This document shows, piece after piece, positions 19,598 through 28,090 of a stretch of 64,000 nt of DNA. Each line of letters opens with the position of its first letter. The first letter of the stretch is position 1. Both the position numbers and the translations under genes were made by a program. This stretch comes from a virus, in IMG/VR virus record IMGVR_UViG_3300044644_000945, positions 24,325 to 88,324 of that record; one strand, given 5' to 3'. The notes below the pieces were generated by a model that saw only the letters and a program-made list of their open reading frames with translations, made no database searches and was not told the DNA's origin.

Positions 19598-20117
19598 TTA
19601 AATCAATGTTTTCAGGTGTAATAAATAAAAAGTTTTTTGGTAATAACCTTCTCTTAATGAACTCATTAACTATATCTACAGTAGATATACCTAATTTTTT
19701 AAGAGTTGCATTTTTAGGTAATGTCATTAACCAATCAAAATCTCTTTCTCCAATTTTAGCATGTGGAAAAATAGACTTAACAAGATTTGTTTCATTTCTA
19801 TAAAAGACTTTTGCTTTCATAACATGTAAAATCTTTGATGCTTTTTGATAGTCATTTACCACCTGTGTAATAGTACTAGGTGTCATAGCAGCAATCTGCT
19901 CTGGACTATACTCTTTTAAACCATACATCAATCTTCTGTACATTTGTCTTTGTACTAAGTTAAGATGCAAGTTATCAGCAGTTTTTTGAACATTTTTGTT
20001 CTTATACTCTGATTTTGCCTGATAAGTATCTGCATATTTTAGCAAATTTGTTTTACCAGCTTTGTCATACACAATAATTCCTTGAGAATTAGCTGTAATA
20101 ATTGTTTTATTTTTCAT
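19590..20117 (-). CDS. Hypothetical protein
   Basis: 175-aa ORF. Confidence 0.65.
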   Translation of the reverse strand: MKNKTIITANSQGIIVYDKAGKTNLLKYADTYQAKSEYKNKNVQKTADNLHLNLVQRQMYRRLMYGLKEYSPEQIAAMTPSTITQVVNDYQKASKILHVMKAKVFYRNETNLVKSIFPHAKIGERDFDWLMTLPKNATLKKLGISTVDIVNEFIKRRLLPKNFLFITPENIDLNG

Positions 20118-20339
20118 TTTATAAAACTTTTAGTTAATAATACTTTAACTTCAACAGATTTAACTCTGTTATATTTGACATTTATTCTTATTCTAAGCTT
20201 TTCATAATAGCTTTTATCTGCTCGCTTAAAGGTTCTTGTACTGATTGAATTGCTTCAACCCATATACATTTAGCCACTGATTCAGTTACACCAGCTAAAG
20301 TATATAAATCTTTGTTCTTAGACCACCATGTTTCAAAAC

Positions 20340-20627
20340 TCATAATATATCTGTATAATCATCTGTTTCTTTAACTATCTTGATAAATCTTGCATCTAAA
20401 AACTCTGTGAGTACTATTTTGTCAAGACTTGTATCTGGTACATTTTCATCATACAATGATAAATCAATAGTTTCTAAATACTCATCTGTATCTGTATTAA
20501 AGATATCTACAGACAGACTGTCTAAATTATACTCTAGCATGAGAGCATTAATAGCAGCAGGTTCTACATAGTACATTTTTTGTACCTTGTTACCTAGGTT
20601 AATAACTTCTGTTAAGGTTGCTTCCAT
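20340..20627 (-). CDS. Hypothetical acidic protein
   Basis: 95-aa ORF. Confidence 0.55.
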   Translation of the reverse strand: MEATLTEVINLGNKVQKMYYVEPAAINALMLEYNLDSLSVDIFNTDTDEYLETIDLSLYDENVPDTSLDKIVLTEFLDARFIKIVKETDDYTDIL

Positions 20628-20629
20628 AA

Positions 20630-21385
20630 TTACATGATAGATTTAATAAGTTTGTTATATTCTTCAGGATCTTGTGTAACCATTTTAAACTTGTCTTTAT
20701 TAAGTTTAAGATTTGCTATAAATTTAGCATGACCATATGAATTACAAGTATTAATAAAATTAACATATGATGCAATAAAGAGTTTATTACTCATTCTATC
20801 CATTCTTTTAACAACTTTTAAAGCATCTGTAATACAATCAAGTAAAAATACACCTCTAGATTCATCATTAATTCTAAATTCTCCTTTTTTAATACAAGAT
20901 GAAATTGAACTACCACCTGAACTAAATCTACATTGTTGATTCATAAGTACATCAGCAACTTGAGATAATTCAATATCATAAATATTAAAATACTTGTTTA
21001 ACTTGATGTAATCTTTTTCAACACATGCCCATACTTTGATATAATCACGCATTGACCATGATTTAGAACTATTGTTTAACAATGCTAATTTTTCAGCAAG
21101 ATCTACTGAATCTGCTATATCAATTTCTACATAAGGTACATCATAACCTAATCTCATGCACGCATGATATAAATGTTGACCATCAATGATATAATTTTCT
21201 GGTGTACCACAAATAAAGTCTAATTGAGATATTACAATAGGTCTTATTATACCCATCTTTTCAATTGATTCTGCCATTTTAGTAACATGTTGTGGAATCA
21301 CTGATCTATTAACTGCTGCTAATAATGCAAATCCTTTACTACCTGAAAGACTTAAATGTTTAATTTCTAATTTTTTGTGTTTCAT
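20630..21385 (-). CDS. ParB/Srx N-terminal domain protein
   Basis: NRSV...HV.KM..SI...GIIRPIVI...IIDGQH; probable start ATG 21385. Confidence 0.75.
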   Translation of the reverse strand: MKHKKLEIKHLSLSGSKGFALLAAVNRSVIPQHVTKMAESIEKMGIIRPIVISQLDFICGTPENYIIDGQHLYHACMRLGYDVPYVEIDIADSVDLAEKLALLNNSSKSWSMRDYIKVWACVEKDYIKLNKYFNIYDIELSQVADVLMNQQCRFSSGGSSISSCIKKGEFRINDESRGVFLLDCITDALKVVKRMDRMSNKLFIASYVNFINTCNSYGHAKFIANLKLNKDKFKMVTQDPEEYNKLIKSIM

Positions 21386-21422
21386 AATTACTTGTTTTGT
21401 GAAGATGACACATTTTCGTGCT

Positions 21423-21614
21423 TTAATCTTCAATTAATGTTTTTGTATTGTATTTGAGTAACAATATCTTTTCTACTTTGCCAAATCTTACTTTGATAGC
21501 CTCGCCAGGTATAACATTGATGACTTCACCTGTACCAAACTTGGTATGTTTGATAAAATCACCAATATTATATGCTCTTTCACCATTCTCTGGTGTACTT
21601 TTACTTTTCGCCAT
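21423..21614 (-). CDS. Stand-alone PcrA/UvrD C-terminal Tudor-like domain protein
   Basis: IGDFIKHTKFGTGEVINV...IKVRFGKVEKILLLKY. Confidence 0.6.
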   Translation of the reverse strand: MAKSKSTPENGERAYNIGDFIKHTKFGTGEVINVIPGEAIKVRFGKVEKILLLKYNTKTLIED

Positions 21615-21924
21615 TTTCTTTTTTTATTAAATCTATTGCTCTTTGATGTCCTTCAAGAGCATCTTCATAAGATGAGTATCTCTCCTGATATTGGTCATTT
21701 ATTCCTCCAAATATCATGGTTTCCCATAATATAAGACCTTTGTTATCCCAAGAATGATCTAATCCAAGAAATACTGTTGATACACTTATTTCATTGCCAT
21801 TTTCATCTTCTAAGATATCAAATCCAATTTGTTTTTTAGTTGGATTTTCTTCTATCCATTTTGATGCTTCTCTTACAGATACAGCAACAGGCTGATTATC
21901 AGCAGTTAATATATACCAGCTCAT
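21601..21924 (-). CDS. Conserved phage hypothetical protein
   Basis: VSTVFLGLDH...WETMIFGG...RYSSYEDALEGH. Confidence 0.7.
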   Translation of the reverse strand: MSWYILTADNQPVAVSVREASKWIEENPTKKQIGFDILEDENGNEISVSTVFLGLDHSWDNKGLILWETMIFGGINDQYQERYSSYEDALEGHQRAIDLIKKENGEK

Positions 21925-22280
21925 GATTTTTCTTTATTATGTTTATGTACTTTCTTAGCTACACCTATCATAGACTTCTGATCTATAAAATATGCATCTA
22001 TTAAATCTTTGACATTTTGCATTTCCCACAAAGGAACCTGTGCCATTACATGTACGTATGCATCAAATGTTTCATACAAATTAACAGTTTCTTCTTCTTT
22101 CTGGTCAAAATATAAATCAAAGAACTTACTTTCTAACTTCTTAAATTGTAATAAAAAGTTATTTACAAAGTTTTTAAAAACTCCTGTAAACCAATTTTCT
22201 GCTTTCATATCTACTATGTAGTTCTGAAGCACCTGTGCAGCTATAGCTGTGTGTAATACTTTTAGTTCTCTAGGTATCAT
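21921..22280 (-). CDS. Hypothetical protein
   Basis: 119-aa ORF, ATGA-coupled. Confidence 0.6.
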   Translation of the reverse strand: MIPRELKVLHTAIAAQVLQNYIVDMKAENWFTGVFKNFVNNFLLQFKKLESKFFDLYFDQKEEETVNLYETFDAYVHVMAQVPLWEMQNVKDLIDAYFIDQKSMIGVAKKVHKHNKEKS

Positions 22281-22582
22281 CTCTTAATTTTTTGTTTAGA
22301 TGTATGTAATATTTTAAAGCATGAAGGGTCAAAATTTACATGATATCTATTATTTTCAATAGTTACTGCAAATTCAAAGCCTTCTCCTTCTTTTAAAACA
22401 GGTATGTTGTCTATAATATTATATTGCCATGGTCTTATTCTACACCAAGTTACTGCACCTACAGGTACATCATCACACCAAACACAATTTTTTACATTAT
22501 TATGCCAATGCAGAGGTTTAATAACTTCTAAGAACAAAATATCTTTAGTATCTTCAGGTATTGGATTATACTTATAGCTCAT
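22277..22582 (-). CDS. Hypothetical protein
   Basis: 101-aa ORF, coupled. Confidence 0.55.
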   Translation of the reverse strand: MSYKYNPIPEDTKDILFLEVIKPLHWHNNVKNCVWCDDVPVGAVTWCRIRPWQYNIIDNIPVLKEGEGFEFAVTIENNRYHVNFDPSCFKILHTSKQKIKR

Positions 22583-22584
22583 GA

Positions 22585-23208
22585 TTATCTTGTTAAATTT
22601 AAACTATTTAAACCTCCTGCTAGACATTTAATATCTTCTATCAACACTTGTTTATTAGGCTTGCCTAATTGTTGCCACTTGTTACAACTAATAGTAACAT
22701 ACTTGTGGTCCATGGCAATAATCTTGTACATACCTTCAAATGTTTTTAAGTGTATTCTATTACCTATCTTGTACTGATATCTGTTTTTCAACAGCATGTA
22801 CAGTCCTATCAATTTATGATATGAGTAATCATCATTTGATGCAAGATATAACAGCTGAATGTTGTTTATTTTATTGATAGAATACTGTTCAGCTTTATAG
22901 TCATCACAAATTGTGACATCTTGTGCTACTGTAATAGGTAATATGTGCTCTTGTATTTTTATAAGAACACAACCATTTGGATCTAACTTCTTAGAGTGTT
23001 GAACAGTTGATAAGTTGATTGCAGAAACATTTTCTTCTTTTAAGAATTCATTTCTATAATCTCTTAGCTTTTTAAGAACACTTGCTATGTTATCTAGTTC
23101 TTTATGAACTAAATCTATAGCAAATGTTCTATCATCAATCTGTTTACAGCTAAGAATGCACTTATATAAAGATGTCCTTAACTGCTTTGGAAACTCCAGA
23201 TTCACCAT
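22585..23208 (-). CDS. Hypothetical protein
   Basis: 207-aa ORF. Confidence 0.6.
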   Translation of the reverse strand: MVNLEFPKQLRTSLYKCILSCKQIDDRTFAIDLVHKELDNIASVLKKLRDYRNEFLKEENVSAINLSTVQHSKKLDPNGCVLIKIQEHILPITVAQDVTICDDYKAEQYSINKINNIQLLYLASNDDYSYHKLIGLYMLLKNRYQYKIGNRIHLKTFEGMYKIIAMDHKYVTISCNKWQQLGKPNKQVLIEDIKCLAGGLNSLNLTR

Positions 23209-23356
23209 ATTTTTCCATTATTTCTATATACTGAGCTTCTTGCTCATAATAGTTTTGCAAGTCTGATTTCTCTTCTTGTGTAAGACGATCATAACTTTTG
23301 TTGTACATCACTTCTGCGTAATGTTGTTTTTCTTCAGGACTAATTTCTAGTGCCAT
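23162..23356 (-). CDS. Hypothetical protein
   Basis: 64-aa ORF. Confidence 0.5.
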   Translation of the reverse strand: MALEISPEEKQHYAEVMYNKSYDRLTQEEKSDLQNYYEQEAQYIEIMEKYGESGVSKAVKDIFI

Positions 23357-23804
23357 AATCTTAATTTTGTTTGAGTTGGTTAATAATCTTTTTTTTGCAC
23401 ATATCTTGCAATTCTTTTACAGTTTCTACATCTGTACTTGTGTATTATTGTCAATACTTTAATGCAACTATACTGAACAGGGTCAGTTGATGCAACTAAC
23501 AAACCTTCAGAGGTCTGTAATCTTCTACGTTTTTCTTTACGCGCCATGTTATAAAGAGATTAGAGTTAATAACAGAAACACCTTCATAGAATTTTCTCTA
23601 CAAAGGTGTTCTGTTACATAAAACATTATGACAAATTGCAGTCTTTCCTGCTGTCACCTATATACAAATTATACTTAAATGAAATAATATTTGAATGTAA
23701 GTTAAGTATTTAACTAATTAAAGCATTTGTACGACCAACATTTCAAGGTTTGAAAGGATTAATATCACCTACATTCATAAGTACTCTTCCGTCAAAGAGC
23801 AATA

Positions 23805-24062
23805 CTAAAATGATATAGCACTTTTAAGATGCAAAGCATCTTTTTGCAGTATATCATAAGCTTTTGCCATGTCTATCATGTCTTTATCTCTAAGATCTGC
23901 TAGTTTTTTAGTGATAGACTGGATAATTTCATTTTGTTCTGTAGTAGTAAAATCTCTTCTAAGAAGAAATACAACTTTATCTACATACTCATTTTTAATT
24001 TCTGGCTCTGGAGTAAGAAAAGCTAACAGCTTTACTCTCCAATTTTGTACTAGTTTTTTCAT
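23805..24062 (-). CDS. Hypothetical protein
   Basis: Probable start ATG 24062 (MKKLVQ) after an A-rich leader. Confidence 0.55.
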   Translation of the reverse strand: MKKLVQNWRVKLLAFLTPEPEIKNEYVDKVVFLLRRDFTTTEQNEIIQSITKKLADLRDKDMIDMAKAYDILQKDALHLKSAISF

Positions 24063-24174
24063 AATATTTAATGATTTGTTTGTTAATTTTTTATTAGCAC
24101 CCTCTTTCTTACACTGGGAAGTGATAGCAGCCTCACTGTTCGTATTCACTGTTCTGAAATAAGAGTAGGGTCAA

Positions 24175-24301
24175 GCTGAGAACTCATTTGTGTTGCTTTT
24201 TGGAAACCTCAGAGTATTTCATCATCATGGGTAATATTTACAAGCTTCTTAACCTATTCCTTTCTCAAGGGAACAACACATCTACCATTACTGATAGTAT
24301 C
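24175..24301 (-). ncRNA. Candidate pseudoknotted RNA
   Basis: GUGUUG/CAACAC stem enclosing a hairpin whose UGAGAA loop is complementary to downstream UUCUCA; GUAA hairpin at 5' end. Confidence 0.45.
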
Positions 24302-24657
24302 TTTATGTAAAACCACGCCAATTTGGCTAACTTTTTACAAAGGTTTCAATGTTTAACCTGTTTTGTACACTATATTATACAAATATGCAAAAAAGCATGT
24401 AAAATGTATAATATAATGTACAGTTATTGTTACTAAAAGCGTGCTTTACAGGATGTCGCTTTTTGCCTGTGAAAATATAACAATATTATTACTTAGCTAC
24501 TTCAAAGTAACCACAGAAGTAGCCATTTATTAATGTTTTATAAAACCTGACTGTTCTGTACCTGTTTTTTAGCAATGTGTATGCTACAATGATTTCTTGA
24601 TAAGTTCTTCTGATAAAATTGATAATTTTTGTTTTCATTTGATTTGTATAAGAGTTA

Positions 24658-24876
24658 TTAAAGTTCAGTTACTACATCATTTACATATGCTGATGCTCCA
24701 AACCAACCTATTATTGTTACTATCCAAAAAGGAATGCTGGTGGTGCAATCTACAAAAGTCGCAGGTGTTAATATGCTAATAAAAACACTAATAATAAGAG
24801 GTATAAATATACCTAAGCATACTATGCTAAAAAGTATAACCATTGTATGCAATATTTTGTTTACTAAATTTTTCAT
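24658..24876 (-). CDS. Small membrane protein (2 TM)
   Basis: Two hydrophobic stretches. Confidence 0.55.
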   Translation of the reverse strand: MKNLVNKILHTMVILFSIVCLGIFIPLIISVFISILTPATFVDCTTSIPFWIVTIIGWFGASAYVNDVVTEL

Positions 24877-25135
24877 TTGTTTGTTATTTGAGATTAAAAA
24901 ATATGTGTTGCTCTCTTAGGTAAATTTTAACGTGCCAAACCTACATATAAGGCACAGGTGATTTTTCATCTATCAGTCTTAGAGCATTGACTGGTGACTA
25001 CTTTCTTTCATAAAAAGCGGGTGGAAATAAAAATCATCATACTACATATAGTAATGATAATAGAGAATAAACATATATACTTACATACATAGTTTATGAT
25101 AAAAGAACTAATTTTATGTTCTATTTACTGACTAT

Positions 25136-25313
25136 CAGCTGTGTAGCTATATAGTCGCTGAATTTTTGTTGTTTTTGAGAAGATTTTTTGAGAGTTATAA
25201 TAGTAGGAGAGTGGTTTTGTCATCATCTTAACCACTCTCTTGAACTATCATCTCAAACAAATAATGTTTCTCTTAACTATCTCAGCTACAGAGAGTTAAC
25301 TACTTATCAGTTG
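25136..25313. ncRNA. Candidate rod-like structured element (about 180 nt)
   Basis: Nested inverted repeats around aggagagtggtt/aaccactctctt. Confidence 0.35.
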
Positions 25314-25546
25314 TGTTATTTATAGTAGTTACCATTGAAAAGAACTCTCACTGTTCTGTTGCATTATTCGCAATTGACCCTCGTGCTGAGACAAAATTCT
25401 TTGCAGTATCTCTAACACATTCTACATATTACTGAGAATAGTGCAAGAAACAGTGTTGTTATCTTGTGAAAGAATTGTTTTTGTCTTATGTTGGAAAGAA
25501 CTACACCCTTTTTCAGGGTGTGTTCTAACCTAATCAACTCAACTTA

Positions 25547-26101
25547 CTATGATGGTAAGTTGGCTGTTAACTGCTCTTGGGCAATTCTAAACGCATTCAC
25601 TTCTTCAACATTGTTGTATTGCAACAATTTGTCTTTAGCTACACCTGTTGGGTCGTAGCTTGTGAAGCGCAGAATTCTGTTACCATTGTGTCTAAGCTCA
25701 ATGCCTTCAGCACCTGTACGTTTAACAAACTTGGCAATAGCTGTTTCATATTCAGCTACTTCTTCAGCTGTATAATCACTAACAGGAATTGCTTTCAATT
25801 CCTTTTTAATGTTCAGCCTGTTTTTAAGTTCAGGTCTGTTGTCAATATCAGCCTCAGAGATTTCTTCAATGTGAAGACAACCCTGCATTTGATATTTCAT
25901 TTTTGCAAGACTTGTTTCAAGCTTGCTAATCTCGCCACTAAACAACATAGATTTAGTGTTAGTGACGTGAAGACCATTTGCTGTGAAACTTTCAGAAGTT
26001 TCTTCAACACGAAAATAACCACGTGGCTTGCTTGCGTCACGTTGAGTTTTGCTTGGTGTTACGTAGTCAACACCATTCTTTGATTTACATACTGTAATCA
26101 T
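25547..26101 (-). CDS. Hypothetical protein (putative early gene)
   Basis: 184-aa ORF with CGT/GCT-rich codons; preceded by a cassette motif and followed by a hairpin at about 25498-25526. Confidence 0.7.
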   Translation of the reverse strand: MITVCKSKNGVDYVTPSKTQRDASKPRGYFRVEETSESFTANGLHVTNTKSMLFSGEISKLETSLAKMKYQMQGCLHIEEISEADIDNRPELKNRLNIKKELKAIPVSDYTAEEVAEYETAIAKFVKRTGAEGIELRHNGNRILRFTSYDPTGVAKDKLLQYNNVEEVNAFRIAQEQLTANLPS

Positions 26102-26200
26102 AATAAGGATTTGTTTTAAAGTTATACTGAGCCTTTTGGGGGTGTGGTGGTGGTGTGTTGTTTTGCGCTCTGTTTGGTGGCGGTGTGGTGGTGTTTGTCT
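26102..26200 (-). promoter_or_regulatory. C-rich repeated upstream element, copy A (tandem CACCACCA tracts + TATAACTTTAAAACAAAT)
   Basis: Shared with 4 other intergenic regions. Confidence 0.6.
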
Positions 26201-26202
26201 TT

Positions 26203-26233
26203 AAAAAGAGTGCTGTTGTTACACAGCACTCTT
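26203..26233 (-). terminator. Intrinsic terminator
   Basis: aagagtgctgt/acagcactctt stem, GTAA loop, T-run. Confidence 0.7.
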
Positions 26234-26237
26234 ATTA

Positions 26238-26561
26238 TTACCATACAACAAGTACATCATTTTCAATTAGAAAATGTACTGTGTGACTTGGTACATAGTG
26301 ATGGTTCTTTTTACCACGTACTGTAAATGTACCTCTGTCTACATCAAACCATTTGATTAGAGTTGTAAAATCTAATAGTTTGATATCAAACAGTATTTGC
26401 CAAGAGTCATTTATCTTTCTTGTGGTAACTGTTTCAGATTGTTTGTTAAGTCTATCATGTAAGATAGATGCACCTTGTGAGCAACTTCCTGTTCTCACAA
26501 AGTTTACATTTTCAAAAGGGTTGATGATTTCTTTTGTACCAATGTTAAAATGCTGTGTCAT
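26238..26561 (-). CDS. Hypothetical protein (cassette gene)
   Basis: 107-aa ORF. Confidence 0.6.
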   Translation of the reverse strand: MTQHFNIGTKEIINPFENVNFVRTGSCSQGASILHDRLNKQSETVTTRKINDSWQILFDIKLLDFTTLIKWFDVDRGTFTVRGKKNHHYVPSHTVHFLIENDVLVVW

Positions 26562-26615
26562 AATGATTATTTATTTAAAGTTATATATGTTGGGTGTTTG
26601 GTGGTTTGTGTTTAA
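26562..26615 (-). promoter_or_regulatory. C-rich repeated upstream element, copy B
   Basis: AAACCACCAAACACCCAACATATATAACTTTAAATAAAT before ATG. Confidence 0.55.
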
Positions 26616-26619
26616 AAAT

Positions 26620-26645
26620 AAAGAGATGCTTTTACACATCTCTTT
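26620..26645 (-). terminator. Intrinsic terminator
   Basis: aaagagatg/catctcttt stem, GTAA loop. Confidence 0.65.
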
Positions 26646-26649
26646 ATCA

Positions 26650-27006
26650 TTACTCAGCTAATGCATAAGCTTTACTATTCTCAGAATACTGTTCCCACTC
26701 ATGTATGTTATATCCATTCATTATAAAGCGACTGAACTCAGCAATATTATATTCTTCATCAGATTTATATTTAAAATCAGTTCTTGCTTCATTGTAGTAT
26801 CTAAACTCAGCTGTTTTTACATTAACAATTTTATCCCAATGATTGTAAGATACAAACTTATACAGTTTGTCTTTGATTACAGCTTCTTGGGATATTGCAG
26901 GTTCTGTATAAGTTCCATACAATACTTGCAAAGCAAGTTCAGGATTACCTGTTTGGTTAACTACTTGTAATAGTCCATTTAAGTTTACTTCAATTGTTGT
27001 TTTCAT
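26650..27006 (-). CDS. Hypothetical protein (cassette gene)
   Basis: Probable start ATG 27006 (MKTTIEV) directly after the repeated element. Confidence 0.6.
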   Translation of the reverse strand: MKTTIEVNLNGLLQVVNQTGNPELALQVLYGTYTEPAISQEAVIKDKLYKFVSYNHWDKIVNVKTAEFRYYNEARTDFKYKSDEEYNIAEFSRFIMNGYNIHEWEQYSENSKAYALAE

Positions 27007-27060
27007 AATATTATTTGTTTTAAAGTTATACATATTGGTGGTGAGGAGGTTGTTGTGTAC
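27007..27060 (-). promoter_or_regulatory. C-rich repeated upstream element, copy C
   Basis: CTCACCACCAATATGTATAACTTTAAAACAAAT before ATG. Confidence 0.6.
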
Positions 27061-27073
27061 AATAAAAGTGTTG

Positions 27074-27304
27074 TTAAACAACACCTTTATGTACTACATT
27101 TTCTATTATACTAATGTTTAATAAATCAATGTTTTCTGATAGTAACCAATTGTTACCTGCAATTAGTTTTCCTACAACAATTCTATGTTGTGCAATTAAC
27201 CCATATATTTGTTCTTCTTCATTGATTATATCAATGATTACAAATTCTACTTTTACAATACCAAAAGGGGTGTTTTTTTCAATAATGACTGTTTCGTGTA
27301 ACAT
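27074..27304 (-). CDS. Hypothetical protein (cassette gene)
   Basis: 76-aa ORF. Confidence 0.55.
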   Translation of the reverse strand: MLHETVIIEKNTPFGIVKVEFVIIDIINEEEQIYGLIAQHRIVVGKLIAGNNWLLSENIDLLNISIIENVVHKGVV

Positions 27305-27356
27305 AATTTATTTATTTAAGAGTTATATACTTTGGTGGTGTTGGGGTGCTGTCTTT
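27305..27356 (-). promoter_or_regulatory. C-rich repeated upstream element, copy D
   Basis: CACCCCAACACCACCAAAGTATATAACTCTTAAATAAAT before ATG. Confidence 0.6.
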
Positions 27357-27360
27357 AATG

Positions 27361-27389
27361 AAAAAGCAGGTTGTTACACCTGCTGTTTT
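27361..27389 (-). terminator. Intrinsic terminator
   Basis: agcaggt/acctgct stem, GTAA loop, T-run. Confidence 0.65.
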
Positions 27390-27390
27390 A

Positions 27391-27684
27391 TTAACAACCA
27401 TAATGAGGATGTTCATCAAATGTTGGTTCATGTTCTTCAGGTTCTTCTAATTTTTGAAAACCTATGCCACAAACCATGTAGAAGTCTTCATCATCTTGAA
27501 TGACATCACCTACACATGTTGAACGAACTTCATTCATTGCCCAATCTACATGGTCATTTTGAGCATATTCAAACGCTTTCTCTAATGATGAAGCATTTAC
27601 AAAACCTGCATAAACTCTTGGTTGACATTCAACTTCTTCAAATTTGTTGATACCTGTTGAATGAAAAATGTGATACTGTTTCAT
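27391..27684 (-). CDS. YodL-like domain protein
   Basis: LEKAFEYAQ...RSTCVGDVI...FYMVCGIGF resembles YodL RSLSVGDVV...YYVDSFGF. Confidence 0.55.
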   Translation of the reverse strand: MKQYHIFHSTGINKFEEVECQPRVYAGFVNASSLEKAFEYAQNDHVDWAMNEVRSTCVGDVIQDDEDFYMVCGIGFQKLEEPEEHEPTFDEHPHYGC

Positions 27685-27735
27685 GATAATATTTGTTTAA
27701 AGTTATTTTTAATGGTGGTGTTGTGGTTGTTGTAA
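27685..27735 (-). promoter_or_regulatory. C-rich repeated upstream element, copy E
   Basis: CCACAACACCACCATTAAAAATAACTTTAAACAAAT before ATG. Confidence 0.6.
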
Positions 27736-28090
27736 TAACAATAAAGCACACCTGAGGGTACAGTGTGCTTTATGTTATAATAAATGATAATGCTTTGCTA
27801 AAGCTCCTTTTTGGTATTACATGTCAAAGCAATAAGACAACACCTTTAGTTAGTTAAGTACAATGCTCTTCAGCTACATGTTAAATAATACTACACACTA
27901 CAAGCACAGTCTGGGGGGAGCGACTATGCCTATAGTATATAATATTCTGCATTGCATCTGTACACAATACAATGGAACAATGAAGCAGATTATTTTCTAC
28001 TAAGCTATATTACTTAGTGTACTAACTCTCACCTGAGAAAGTTGGCTTCATAACATAATAACATTCTATACAGAAACTTTTCCCAAAGTT
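27736..28090. repeat. Tandem series of stem-loops in non-coding DNA
   Basis: At least six inverted repeats, e.g. ataaagcacac/gtgtgctttat and actacaagcacagtc/gactatgcctatagt. Confidence 0.55.
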
